A stretch of 64,000 nucleotides of DNA from Candidatus Falkowbacteria bacterium (GTDB taxonomy: Bacteria; Patescibacteriota; Patescibacteriia; Patescibacteriales; UBA12465), in contig JBAXLJ010000002.1 of NCBI GenBank assembly GCA_037134915.1, forward strand, positions 64,935-128,934. Direction: 5' to 3'. Position 1 is the first letter of the stretch. The number at the start of each line of letters is the position of its first letter. The notes under the pieces were generated by a model. The model saw only the letters and a program-made list of their open reading frames with translations. It was not told the origin of the DNA and ran no database searches. Below, piece after piece: positions 18,198 through 27,037 of the stretch. Both the position numbers and the translations under genes were made by a program.

Positions 18198-18965
18198 ATG
18201 AATAAAAATTCTGGAAACTTTGGTAAATTAGTGAAGAATTATAAAATCATTCGACCTAGTTATCCGGTTAAGGTAATTAAAGATATTTATTCTTTTGTTA
18301 AAACTCCAAAACCAGTAATTTTAGATTTAGGATGTGGCACCGGAATTTCTACAAGACAAATGGCTAAAAAGAACTCAGTGGTATTCGGCTGTGACATTGA
18401 CGAAAAAATGTTAGCTCATGCTTCTTTAGATAAAAATAATATTACCTACGTAAAAGGCCGAGCCGAAAAACTCCCGTTTCCCAATGAAACCTTTAATCTT
18501 GTCACTATGTTTGCCTCCTTTCATTGGTTTGCAAACAAGCGAGCCTTAAACGAGCTACGGAGAGTTTTAAAACCAAAAGGAATTATTTGTATAATACAAC
18601 CGAGACAAACGTCTCCTTTCCGTCATGACCGAACTGATATAATTAACAAAGTATTGGGAATAAAAATAAAAACAAAGTACAGCCAAAGAAAATTTGAAGA
18701 TGTTCTAGGTCAAAATGATTTCAAAATTATTGAAAACAGAATTTACAAAACTGTTAATAAATACACCTTGGAACAATTTATTAAACTGTTGCAAACTTAC
18801 AGCATCTGGAATGACGTTCCAACATCAAAGCGCCAGCAAATTCTAAAATTATTTAAAAATCACTTTACCACAATCTTGAAAAACGGTTTTATTAATGACG
18901 CGGCCGACCTTAATTTAATTTGTGCTAAGGATGTTGCCTGTAAGACAGACTTAAAAAGAAAATAA
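18198..18965 (+). CDS. class I SAM-dependent methyltransferase
   Basis: ILDLGCGTGISTRQMA motif I and LRRVLKPKGIICI. ATG at 18198 preferred over the track's TTG at 18180, which overlaps the upstream gene. Confidence 0.8.
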   Translation: MNKNSGNFGKLVKNYKIIRPSYPVKVIKDIYSFVKTPKPVILDLGCGTGISTRQMAKKNSVVFGCDIDEKMLAHASLDKNNITYVKGRAEKLPFPNETFNLVTMFASFHWFANKRALNELRRVLKPKGIICIIQPRQTSPFRHDRTDIINKVLGIKIKTKYSQRKFEDVLGQNDFKIIENRIYKTVNKYTLEQFIKLLQTYSIWNDVPTSKRQQILKLFKNHFTTILKNGFINDAADLNLICAKDVACKTDLKRK

Positions 18966-19020
18966 ATTTGATATATCTTAAGAATCGATAAGTGTCACGG
19001 TAAATAATTTAATAAAGCAT

Positions 19021-19467
19021 ATGAAAGCAATTATTGAAATGCCTCAAGGTGATACCATTAGACGACATTTTAAGTTTGATAAAACAGGCTTTATTGATTT
19101 AGGCCCAATTAAAAGTGTTATTCCAATAAATGACGGCATCATGCCGGTTAATTATGGCTATATCGTTGGAACTTTGAATTCCGGTGAAGGTGATGAGATT
19201 GATGTTTTAATTTTTTCAAATAATATTTTAAGCGTCGGTCAGGAAGTTGAATTTGAACCAATCGCTTTAATAAGTCGCGCCGATGGCGATGATAAAATTG
19301 TGGCCGTTGATAAGACAGTTGATTTTAAATCTTGGTTTGATATTCCTAAAAGCGAGCGGGAACTAATTGAAAACTTTTTCAGTTATCACCACGAATTTAA
19401 ATCAATTGAAAACGCAGATGTCGCCAGACAATATATTGAAAAGGGTTATAAAGCCTTTATTCTATGA
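19021..19467 (+). CDS. ppa: inorganic pyrophosphatase (family I, short form)
   Basis: IIEMPQG..., PVNYGYIVGTLNSGEGDEIDVLI and ADGDDKIVAV match the family I PPase active-site blocks. Confidence 0.8.
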   Translation: MKAIIEMPQGDTIRRHFKFDKTGFIDLGPIKSVIPINDGIMPVNYGYIVGTLNSGEGDEIDVLIFSNNILSVGQEVEFEPIALISRADGDDKIVAVDKTVDFKSWFDIPKSERELIENFFSYHHEFKSIENADVARQYIEKGYKAFIL

Positions 19468-19673
19468 TTAAACTCGGTAAATATAAACATTACAAAGGTA
19501 ATGACTATGAAGTCATCGGCCTAGCTCATCATAGCGAAACTTTGGAAGATTTAGTGGTTTATCGTGCGCTTTACGGAGACTTTGATTTATGGGTCAGGCC
19601 GCTATCAATGTTTTTAGAAAACGTCGAAATAGATGGGGTAACGAGGCCAAGATTTAAGTATCTTGATAAATAG
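19464..19673 (+). CDS. DUF1653-family small protein
   Basis: YKHYKGNDYEVIGLAHHSETLEDLVVYRALYGD..LWVRPLSMF matches my recollection of DUF1653. ATGA overlap with ppa. Confidence 0.7.
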   Translation: MIKLGKYKHYKGNDYEVIGLAHHSETLEDLVVYRALYGDFDLWVRPLSMFLENVEIDGVTRPRFKYLDK

Positions 19674-19674
19674 T

Positions 19675-20106
19675 ATGATTTATAAAACCGAACCCGAAAA
19701 TTTTATTTCTCGATTTGAAGTTGTGAGCTGTTATGTCGAGCATGACGGTAAAATTTTAATTTTGCATCGCCAGAATCACAAACCGCAGGGAAATACCTGG
19801 GGGCTGCCAGCTGGTAAAATTGACGGTAACGAAGATAAAATCGAGGCCATGCTAAGAGAAATTTTTGAAGAAACTGGATACAAAATTGATTTGTCTAATT
19901 TAGAATATTTGGATAAAGTTTATGTAAAATATCCAGAATATTCTTTTATCTATCACATGTTTCGTTTAGTCGTAAATAGTGAGCCCTTAATTAAAATAAA
20001 TCCTGAGGAGCACCAAGATTTTAAATGGGTATCACCTAACGAAGCGCTTAACCTAGAGTTGATTCAGGATTTAGAAGAGTGTCTTAAGATTTCCTATAAG
20101 TTATAA
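19675..20106 (+). CDS. Nudix hydrolase
   Basis: Perfect Nudix box GKIDGNEDKIEAMLREIFEETGY. ATG at 19675 preferred over TTG at 19663. Confidence 0.85.
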   Translation: MIYKTEPENFISRFEVVSCYVEHDGKILILHRQNHKPQGNTWGLPAGKIDGNEDKIEAMLREIFEETGYKIDLSNLEYLDKVYVKYPEYSFIYHMFRLVVNSEPLIKINPEEHQDFKWVSPNEALNLELIQDLEECLKISYKL

Positions 20107-20110
20107 ATAT

Positions 20111-20596
20111 ATGACTTTCATCGATCCTAAAACTTATTATCAGAATCTGCCACAGAAACGAATGGCGGTAGCCGCTCTGTTTTTTAATGAACAGGGGCAG
20201 GTTTTAGTTTTAAAAACTAGCTATAAAAAACACTGGACTTTGCCGGGTGGGGTTGTGGAACATAATGAATCTCTGAGTCTAGCACTTGTTAGAGAAGTTA
20301 AAGAAGAAACTGGCTTGGCTGTTATTAATTATAAACTAGCGGTTTTAGATTATTGTGCCCCTAAGATTGTAAATGAAGTTCAAAACACGGAATCACTGCA
20401 GATTCTGTTTGACTGCGGGGTTCTTGATAAGACAGCGGAATCATCCATTAAAATTGATCATGATGAAATTGTGGAGTATAAATTTTGCTCATCCGCCGAG
20501 GCTTTAAAAATATTAGGCATCCCTTTGCGCCGCCGACTTAGTTCTTATTTGGAAGTAAAGCGGGCGGTTTATCTGGAAAACGGCTTAAACATTTAA
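20111..20596 (+). CDS. Nudix hydrolase
   Basis: Perfect Nudix box GGVVEHNESLSLALVREVKEETGL. Confidence 0.85.
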   Translation: MTFIDPKTYYQNLPQKRMAVAALFFNEQGQVLVLKTSYKKHWTLPGGVVEHNESLSLALVREVKEETGLAVINYKLAVLDYCAPKIVNEVQNTESLQILFDCGVLDKTAESSIKIDHDEIVEYKFCSSAEALKILGIPLRRRLSSYLEVKRAVYLENGLNI

Positions 20597-20632
20597 TTTA
20601 CATCTTAAAAATAAAAGATTAATATAAATTAT

Positions 20633-20830
20633 ATGAGTAAAGCAATTTTTGATCGCGAAACAGCTATTTGTCGCGACCTTCATAATAATAATGGCGGCAC
20701 TTGTAATTGGGGTGAATGTGATAAGTGCGGCGTGATTCCTTTTATGTATAAAATTTTTAAAGATGAGCAGATTGAAGATGTAGATGAAGTCGCGAGAATC
20801 AAAAAAGAAGTTTTTGAACAAGAAGTTTAA
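20633..20830 (+). CDS. small Cys4 protein of unknown function
   Basis: 65-aa ORF with the C-x10-C-x4-C-x2-C pattern ([20 protein letters not shown]) and an acidic tail. Fits the gap between neighbours exactly. Confidence 0.5.
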   Translation: MSKAIFDRETAICRDLHNNNGGTCNWGECDKCGVIPFMYKIFKDEQIEDVDEVARIKKEVFEQEV

Positions 20831-20841
20831 CTTTAAAATAT

Positions 20842-21375
20842 ATGATGAAATTTATTACCGGTAACATTAATAAATTTATCGAAGTGCAAAGCATTTTTCC
20901 GGACATTGAACAATTAGATATTGATTTACCGGAAATTCAAAGTCTAGATCCTCAAGAGATTGTGGCCTTTAAATTAAAAGCCGCCCTAGATCACGTCTCG
21001 GGTAATTTTATTGTGGAGGACACCTCACTTTATTTAGATGGGCTCCATGGCTTGCCGGGGCCACTGATTCGTTGGTTTTTAAAAGCTATGGGACGAGAAG
21101 GTTTAGCTAAAGTCGCTTTGTCTTCAGGCAACGATCGGGCAACCGCTAAAACGATTATTGGTTATGCCGATGAAATTGGTGGGGTCCATTATTTTGAAGG
21201 CTCTATTTCAGGTCGAATTGTGATGCCGCTGGGAGAAACTTCTTTTGGTTGGGACCCGATTTTTCAGCCCGACGGCTATGATGTTACTTTTGCGGAAATG
21301 GGCCCTGAGGAAAAGAACCGGATTAGTATGCGCCGCCAAGCCTCTCAAAAGTTAGCTGATTTTTTAAATAAGTAA
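20842..21375 (+). CDS. rdgB: non-canonical purine NTP pyrophosphatase (RdgB/HAM1 family)
   Basis: [11 protein letters not shown]..., [26 protein letters not shown] and ISMRRQA are HAM1/ITPase blocks. Confidence 0.85.
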   Translation: MMKFITGNINKFIEVQSIFPDIEQLDIDLPEIQSLDPQEIVAFKLKAALDHVSGNFIVEDTSLYLDGLHGLPGPLIRWFLKAMGREGLAKVALSSGNDRATAKTIIGYADEIGGVHYFEGSISGRIVMPLGETSFGWDPIFQPDGYDVTFAEMGPEEKNRISMRRQASQKLADFLNK

Positions 21376-21401
21376 AATTTTTCAACGTTTCTATAATTAA
21401 A

Positions 21402-21421
21402 ACACTCTCGCGGGTGTTTTT
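21402..21421 (+). terminator. rho-independent terminator after rdgB
   Basis: acactc / gggtgt stem (one G-U pair), loop tcgc, T-run. Confidence 0.6.
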
Positions 21422-21484
21422 GCTTGATTTTTAGGGTTTTATATGATATTTTTCTATTATATTATCTAGCTAATAAACAAAAAT

Positions 21485-24406
21485 ATGAGTGAACAGAACG
21501 GACGCGAAAGAACTTCATTTCCCGCCATGGAAGAAGATGTTTTAAAATTTTGGCAATCAGCGGCTATTTTTGAAAAATCTTTAAGTAAAGAAGCGCCTCG
21601 CGGTGAGTATGTTTTTTATGATGGCCCGCCCTTTGCTACTGGAACGCCGCATTACGGACATTTAGTCGGTAGCATTATGAAGGATGTAATTCCGCGTTAT
21701 CAAACGATGCGGGGCTATCACGTGGCGCGTAAATGGGGCTGGGATTGCCACGGTCTGCCGATTGAAAATATTGTTGAAAAAGAACTGGGCACTAAAACTA
21801 AAAAAGAAATTGAGGAACTAGGCGTCGCTAAGTTTAATGATTTATGCCGCGCTCGCGTTTCGACTTATATTGATGAATGGAAAACGGTAATTAGCCGTCT
21901 GGGTCGCTGGGCGGATATGGAAAATTCTTACCGCACCATGGACTTGCCTTATATGGAAACTATTTGGTGGGCCCTGAAACAGCTGTGGGATAAGAATTTG
22001 ATTTATAAAGCCTATCGCTCCATGCATATTTGTCCGCGTTGTGAAACCACTTTGTCACAGTCGGAAGTTAGTGAAGGCTATAAAGACATTAAAGATTTAT
22101 CCGCCATTGCTAAATTTGAATTAATCAGTGAGCCGGGAACTTATATTTTAGCTTGGACGACCACTCCTTGGACTTTAATTGGTAATGTTGCTTTAGCGGT
22201 TGGCGCGGAGATTGATTATGTTAAAATAAAAACCGCTGAGGCGCAATTTATTTTAGCTAAAGAACGCTTAGCCGACGTCATTAAAGAAGTGGCTTATGAA
22301 TTAATCTCTGAATTTAAAGGCGCCGATTTAGTCGGTCAAAAATATCAACCCTTATTTAACTATTATGCCGCTGACCCTAAATTAGAAAATCGTGACAACG
22401 GTTGGAAAGTTTATGCGGCGGAATTTGTCACCACTACTGATGGCACCGGGGTAGTCCATATTGCCCCCGCTTTTGGTGAAGATGATATGGCCTTGGGTCG
22501 GGCTAATAATTTACCATTTGTCCAACATGTTGGCATGGATGGTTTGTTTAAAGCCGAAGTTCTTGATTTTCCGGGTTTACACGTGAAACCGCTCGAAGAT
22601 CATATGGCCACTGACATTGAAATTATTAAATATTTAGCTAGTCATGCCACCTTGTTTCATAAAGAAAAATATGAACATAGTTATCCTCATTGCTGGCGCT
22701 GTGACACCCCTTTAATTAATTACGCCACTTCTTCTTGGTTTATTAATGTCACTAAACTCAAGCCGGAGTTACTGGAGAACGCTAAAGGAATTAATTGGTC
22801 ACCGGATTATTTAAAGAATGGTCGTTTTGGTAATTGGCTAGAAGGCGCTCGCGATTGGTCAATTTCTCGTCAACGTTTTTGGGCTAGCGCCATTCCAATT
22901 TGGGAGTGTGCTTGTGGCCATCAGCACCTAGTAGGCAGTATTAGCGAGCTCGAAGAATTATCTGGTCAGAAAAATATCGACGATATCCACAAAGACAAAG
23001 TAGACCCGATTACTTTTCCTTGCTCTAAGTGCGGTGGCCAAATGAAACGTATTTCGGACGTACTTGATTGTTGGTTCGAATCTGGCTCAATGCCTTATGC
23101 TCAGTTACATTATCCTTTTGAGAATAAAGATAAATTAGAATCAGAATTTCCGGCTCAATTTATTGCCGAAGGCGTCGATCAAACGCGAACTTGGTTTTAT
23201 TATACCCATGTGGTAGCCGGAGCTTTAAAAAATAGCCGCGGTTTTGATAATGTGATTGCCAACGGTATCGTGTTAGCTGAAGATGGGAAAAAAATGTCTA
23301 AGAAATTAAAGAATTACCCCGACCCATTAGTGGTCATGGAAAAATATGGTTCAGATGCACTGCGCGCTTATCTTCTGTCATCACCTGTGATGCTAGCTGA
23401 GAATTTGAATTTTTCCGAAAAAGGCGTCGAAGAATCACTGCGTAAGAATATCATGATTCTGTGGAATGTTTATAAATTCTACGAAATGTATGCTATTAAA
23501 GTTCCTGGTGAAATTGTTTTGCCATCAAGTAAAAATGTTATCGATCAGTGGATTCTCGCTAAATTAAAATTATTAAATAAAGAGGTAATAGAAGCTATGG
23601 AAGCTTATAATTTACCTAAGGCGACGCGCCCGATTACCGATTTTATTGATGAACTTTCCACTTGGTATTTGCGCCGCAGTCGCGATCGTTTTAAAGAAGA
23701 GGGAGCGGATAAAACTGAAGTTTTAACAACTCTTCGTTATGTTTTAAGTGAGTTAGCTAAAATTATGGCTCCGGCGATGCCATTTATGGCGGAAAATCTT
23801 TGGCAAAAAGTAACGGGTTATAATTTTGCTGACACCGGTAAATCAGTCCATCTTGAAGCTTGGAGTGCCTCCTCAGACTTAAGCGAAGCCGAGTCGGAAG
23901 TGATTATTAAAATGGAACTAGTGCGTAAAATTGTGGAGTTAGGTTTAGCTCGTCGTGATGAAGCGGGGGTCAAAATTCGTCAGATGTTAAGTTCAGTCAC
24001 CGTTAAATCACAAGAAATTATTTTAGCGCTAGAATATTTAGATTTAATTAAAGACGAACTTAATATTCAAAAAGTAATTTGGGATTTAGGCGATTTAGAT
24101 TATCCCGAATTGATTTTAGACGCCGAAATCACTCCGGAACTTAAAAAAGAAGGTGTTAAGAGAGAATTAATTCGTTTCATTAATAATTTAAGAAAAGACG
24201 AAGGCTTAACCCTGTCTGATGTAGCCATAGTTAGTGTTATCGGAGCTAGTGCTGATATAAATCAGGTAATTAGTGACCGGGAGGCGGAAATTATGAAGGA
24301 CACTTTAAGCGTGGCCATTAAAGTTTTGGCAGCCTCAGAAAATGAGTCAGCTAAAGAAGTAAGGATTGATGATTGTAAATTTGCCATCGCTTTAAAACGA
24401 AGTTAA
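21485..24406 (+). CDS. ileS: isoleucine--tRNA ligase, type 2 (eukaryote-like)
   Basis: PPFATGTPHYGHLVGS (HIGH), KMSKKLKNYPDP (KMSKS), editing CP1 region WTTTPWTL, zinc motif CWRC. Confidence 0.95.
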   Translation: MSEQNGRERTSFPAMEEDVLKFWQSAAIFEKSLSKEAPRGEYVFYDGPPFATGTPHYGHLVGSIMKDVIPRYQTMRGYHVARKWGWDCHGLPIENIVEKELGTKTKKEIEELGVAKFNDLCRARVSTYIDEWKTVISRLGRWADMENSYRTMDLPYMETIWWALKQLWDKNLIYKAYRSMHICPRCETTLSQSEVSEGYKDIKDLSAIAKFELISEPGTYILAWTTTPWTLIGNVALAVGAEIDYVKIKTAEAQFILAKERLADVIKEVAYELISEFKGADLVGQKYQPLFNYYAADPKLENRDNGWKVYAAEFVTTTDGTGVVHIAPAFGEDDMALGRANNLPFVQHVGMDGLFKAEVLDFPGLHVKPLEDHMATDIEIIKYLASHATLFHKEKYEHSYPHCWRCDTPLINYATSSWFINVTKLKPELLENAKGINWSPDYLKNGRFGNWLEGARDWSISRQRFWASAIPIWECACGHQHLVGSISELEELSGQKNIDDIHKDKVDPITFPCSKCGGQMKRISDVLDCWFESGSMPYAQLHYPFENKDKLESEFPAQFIAEGVDQTRTWFYYTHVVAGALKNSRGFDNVIANGIVLAEDGKKMSKKLKNYPDPLVVMEKYGSDALRAYLLSSPVMLAENLNFSEKGVEESLRKNIMILWNVYKFYEMYAIKVPGEIVLPSSKNVIDQWILAKLKLLNKEVIEAMEAYNLPKATRPITDFIDELSTWYLRRSRDRFKEEGADKTEVLTTLRYVLSELAKIMAPAMPFMAENLWQKVTGYNFADTGKSVHLEAWSASSDLSEAESEVIIKMELVRKIVELGLARRDEAGVKIRQMLSSVTVKSQEIILALEYLDLIKDELNIQKVIWDLGDLDYPELILDAEITPELKKEGVKRELIRFINNLRKDEGLTLSDVAIVSVIGASADINQVISDREAEIMKDTLSVAIKVLAASENESAKEVRIDDCKFAIALKRS

Positions 24407-24407
24407 C

Positions 24408-24436
24408 TTGATTTTTTTCGATTTTTCTGTTATAAT
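24408..24436 (+). promoter_or_regulatory. sigma70-like promoter of lemA-htpX
   Basis: TTGATT (24408-24413), 17 nt, TATAAT (24431-24436), with TG at 24428-24429. Confidence 0.6.
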
Positions 24437-24463
24437 GATTAAACTATAATTAATTAAAAAATT

Positions 24464-25021
24464 ATGACTACTTGGATTATTTTGGGCCTTATCGTGGTTT
24501 TAGTGCTAGTAATTATGTCGATGTATAACGGACTGATTACTCTCAAAAATCGCGTTGAAGAAGCCATGAGCGATATGGATGTTCAGCTTAAACGCCGTTA
24601 CGATTTGATCCCTAACCTAGTGGAAACGGTTAAAGGTTACGCGGCTCACGAGCAGGGAACTTTAGAAAAAGTAATCGCCGCTCGTAACTCAGCTATGTCT
24701 GTTTCCAGTGCTGATGTGGAAAATAAAATTAAAGCAGAGAATGAATTATCTTCAACCTTAAAATCAATTTTTGCTCTCTCTGAAGCCTATCCAGATTTAA
24801 AAGCTAACCAAAACTTTTTAGAATTACAACGCGAACTCTCAGATACCGAAGACAAGATTATGGCTTCGCGCCGCTTTTATAACGGCAATGTCCGTGATTT
24901 CAATACTAAACTACAAGTTTTTCCTACTAATGTGATAAATAGCTTGCTGAAGTTTAGCGCTTATAAGTTTTATGAATTAACAGATAACGCTCAAAGAGAA
25001 AATATTAGTGTTAAATTTTAA
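24464..25021 (+). CDS. lemA: LemA family protein
   Basis: N-terminal TM helix, then YNGLITLKNRVEEAMSDMDVQLKRRYDLIPNLVETVKGYAAHE, the canonical LemA block. Confidence 0.9.
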   Translation: MTTWIILGLIVVLVLVIMSMYNGLITLKNRVEEAMSDMDVQLKRRYDLIPNLVETVKGYAAHEQGTLEKVIAARNSAMSVSSADVENKIKAENELSSTLKSIFALSEAYPDLKANQNFLELQRELSDTEDKIMASRRFYNGNVRDFNTKLQVFPTNVINSLLKFSAYKFYELTDNAQRENISVKF

Positions 25022-25024
25022 GTT

Positions 25025-25930
25025 ATGACTCTATATCAAGACAGCGCTTCTAATCAAAGAAAAACCTGGTTTTTAATGACTGGGTTTTTCGTGTTAGTGA
25101 TGCTAATTGGCTACGCGATTTCTTGGTATTTTAATAGTCCGATAATTTTAGTGATTGCCGTTTTATTTAGTGTCATTTCTAGTTTTGTTAGTTATTGGTG
25201 GAGCGATAAAATTGTTTTAGGTATGTCTGGTGCTAAATTAGTCAATCACGAAAACGGCCGAGAAATTTATCATCTGGTAGAAAATTTATGTATTACCGCT
25301 GGCCTGCCGCTGCCGAAAATTTATATTATCGAAGATAGCGCGCCTAATGCCTTCGCCACGGGTCGCGATCCAGAGCACGCCGCTATCGCTTTAACTACCG
25401 GTATTCTGGCTAAGCTTGAAAAAGCTGAGCTTGAAGGAGTAATCGCTCACGAATTATCTCATATTGGTAATCGTGATATCTTAATTTCCACCGTGGCCAC
25501 AGTTTTAGTGGGGACGGTTATTTTAGTCACCGACTGGTCGGCTCGCTCGGCTTTTTGGGGTAGGCGTAGTAATGATGACAATAATAGCGGGGGCTTAGGT
25601 TTAATTTTAATAATTTTACTTTCTATTTTAGCGCCACTCTCGGCTCAGTTATTACAATTAGCCGTTTCTCGTAAGCGCGAATTTTTAGCCGATGCTTCAG
25701 GGGCGCTTTTAACTCGTTATCCTGAAGGTTTAGCTCGCGCCCTAGAGAAGATTAGCGCCGACCCCGATGAACTAGAAGTGGCTAATCGGGCCACCGCCCA
25801 TATGTATATCGTCTCGCCTTTAAAAGGAGATGATGAGGGTAAAAAGACTTCTTGGTTAGCCGCGGCCTTTATGACTCATCCACCGGTGGCCGAAAGAATT
25901 AAAAGATTAAGAGACAGTGAAATCAAATAA
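25025..25930 (+). CDS. htpX: M48 zinc metalloprotease HtpX
   Basis: PNAFATG, HELSHI (HExxH), EFLADASGA, four TM segments. Confidence 0.9.
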   Translation: MTLYQDSASNQRKTWFLMTGFFVLVMLIGYAISWYFNSPIILVIAVLFSVISSFVSYWWSDKIVLGMSGAKLVNHENGREIYHLVENLCITAGLPLPKIYIIEDSAPNAFATGRDPEHAAIALTTGILAKLEKAELEGVIAHELSHIGNRDILISTVATVLVGTVILVTDWSARSAFWGRRSNDDNNSGGLGLILIILLSILAPLSAQLLQLAVSRKREFLADASGALLTRYPEGLARALEKISADPDELEVANRATAHMYIVSPLKGDDEGKKTSWLAAAFMTHPPVAERIKRLRDSEIK

Positions 25931-25937
25931 AAAAAGA

Positions 25938-25967
25938 AGACCTCGCTTAATTGGCGGGGTCTTTTTT
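25938..25967 (+). terminator. rho-independent terminator after htpX (overlaps the 3' end of the convergent ORF)
   Basis: agacctcgc / gcggggtct stem (one G-U pair), loop ttaattg, T-run 25963-25967. Confidence 0.7.
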
Positions 25968-26318
25968 AAGATGCTTTAAAATTTCGTGAGTTTTTTTGTA
26001 TACGACGTTAGCTCTTTTGCGTAGATAATAATTCTGCACGTGGTGCATTAAGCCGCTTTTACGTTGAAACACTTCGTTGGTTTCAATAAAGTTATCAATA
26101 GCCTTCTTTAACTCAGTGATTTGTTCACGGGAAGAATGCGCCTCTAGATGGTGGTCAAAATCTTGGCGGTAAGCCCTAAGGGTTGAAATATAATGACCAT
26201 CTTTATTTTTCTTTTCCCAAATGTTGTTAAACAATTCCGGATTAAAAATTCGGCCAATCCAATCAAGTCCGCTATCAATTGTGATGGCGTCTTTCGCTGA
26301 TAAATTTTTTGAGTTCAT
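25947..26318 (-). CDS. hypothetical protein (123 aa, His-rich, no recognisable domain)
   Basis: The ORF fills the gap and has its own TTGACA-16-TAAAAT promoter (26372-26345, minus strand). Confidence 0.55.
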   Translation of the reverse strand: MNSKNLSAKDAITIDSGLDWIGRIFNPELFNNIWEKKNKDGHYISTLRAYRQDFDHHLEAHSSREQITELKKAIDNFIETNEVFQRKSGLMHHVQNYYLRKRANVVYKKTHEILKHLKKDPAN

Positions 26319-26344
26319 ATCGATGGTTTTAAGGTTCTACTTTT

Positions 26345-26372
26345 ATTTTAGTCTAGGTAGCTTATTTGTCAA
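26345..26372 (-). promoter_or_regulatory. sigma70-like promoter of the 123-aa orphan gene
   Basis: Minus strand reads TTGACA, 16 nt, TAAAAT. It lies directly downstream of the terminator of the preceding minus-strand gene. Confidence 0.6.
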
Positions 26373-26374
26373 AT

Positions 26375-26412
26375 AAAAAAGACCCCAAAATGCGTTAAGC
26401 AAGTCGGGGTCT
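26375..26412 (-). terminator. rho-independent terminator after the 148-aa gene
   Basis: Minus strand reads agacccc ... ggggtct followed by a T-run (plus-strand A-run 26375-26379). The loop is long (19 nt). Confidence 0.6.
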
Positions 26413-26440
26413 ATGAGATAATTGAGAGGAGTTAATAAGG

Positions 26441-26887
26441 CTAGGCTTCAGTTTTTTCTAATCTTTTTATTTTTAATGTCAATATTACTATAATAAGTGA
26501 AAGCGCAGCGCTGACTATAAAGAGAAACTCAAATTTAGTCTCGCCTCTTTCTGCTTTTCCTGTGGCTCTTGCATAATCATCTTTTAATAGAGCAATTTCC
26601 TCTTCAAGATCCTCCTTTTGCTGCTCCATTTTCTGCAGTCTGGTATCGTAGATGCCATCTTTGGCATTAGTTAGTTTCCACAGATCCTCAGGCAAGTCTG
26701 AATATCTCAGCTGCGAAATTGTCGGATTCATCAGACTGGAGCTGGTAATCCAGGTCCGGTTGAGATCGCTCGAAAGATTGTAGATGGTAATTTTCTCACC
26801 TTCTTTTACCAAAACATACTCAGTAGCGGCAGCGGCAAAATTAATTGCCATCATCACCACAATAATAATCAAAAATAATTTTTTCAT
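26441..26887 (-). CDS. hypothetical envelope protein (signal peptide, coiled coil, C-terminal TM anchor)
   Basis: MKKLFLIIIVVMMAINFAAAA signal-like N-terminus, the heptad-like segment QKMEQQKEDLEEEIALLKDDY, and the hydrophobic FLFIVSAALSLIIVILTL near the C-terminus. Confidence 0.55.
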   Translation of the reverse strand: MKKLFLIIIVVMMAINFAAAATEYVLVKEGEKITIYNLSSDLNRTWITSSSLMNPTISQLRYSDLPEDLWKLTNAKDGIYDTRLQKMEQQKEDLEEEIALLKDDYARATGKAERGETKFEFLFIVSAALSLIIVILTLKIKRLEKTEA

Positions 26888-27037
26888 CTTTTACAGTTTT
26901 TAAGGGTTATTTTTTATTTTAAGGTACGATTCTCCAATTTATTTCTTAACTATATCATAATACCTTTAATCTGTCAATATTTATTTAAATCCAGTTTTAC
27001 GCTATACTTGTTTTAATTAAAGAATATGGCTAATTTT

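Noticed and set aside
17731-21421. Whether the low-GC Nudix cluster is a mobile island.
   Set aside because: I could find no integrase, flanking direct repeats or tRNA target. The first gene starts 1 nt after secA, which argues for ordinary operon membership. The compositional oddity is kept as part of a finding only.
21376-21484. Possible T-box or other riboswitch leader upstream of ileS.
   Set aside because: Only about 60 nt remain between the rdgB terminator and the ATG. That is far too short for a T-box, and I could see no specifier or antiterminator-like structure.
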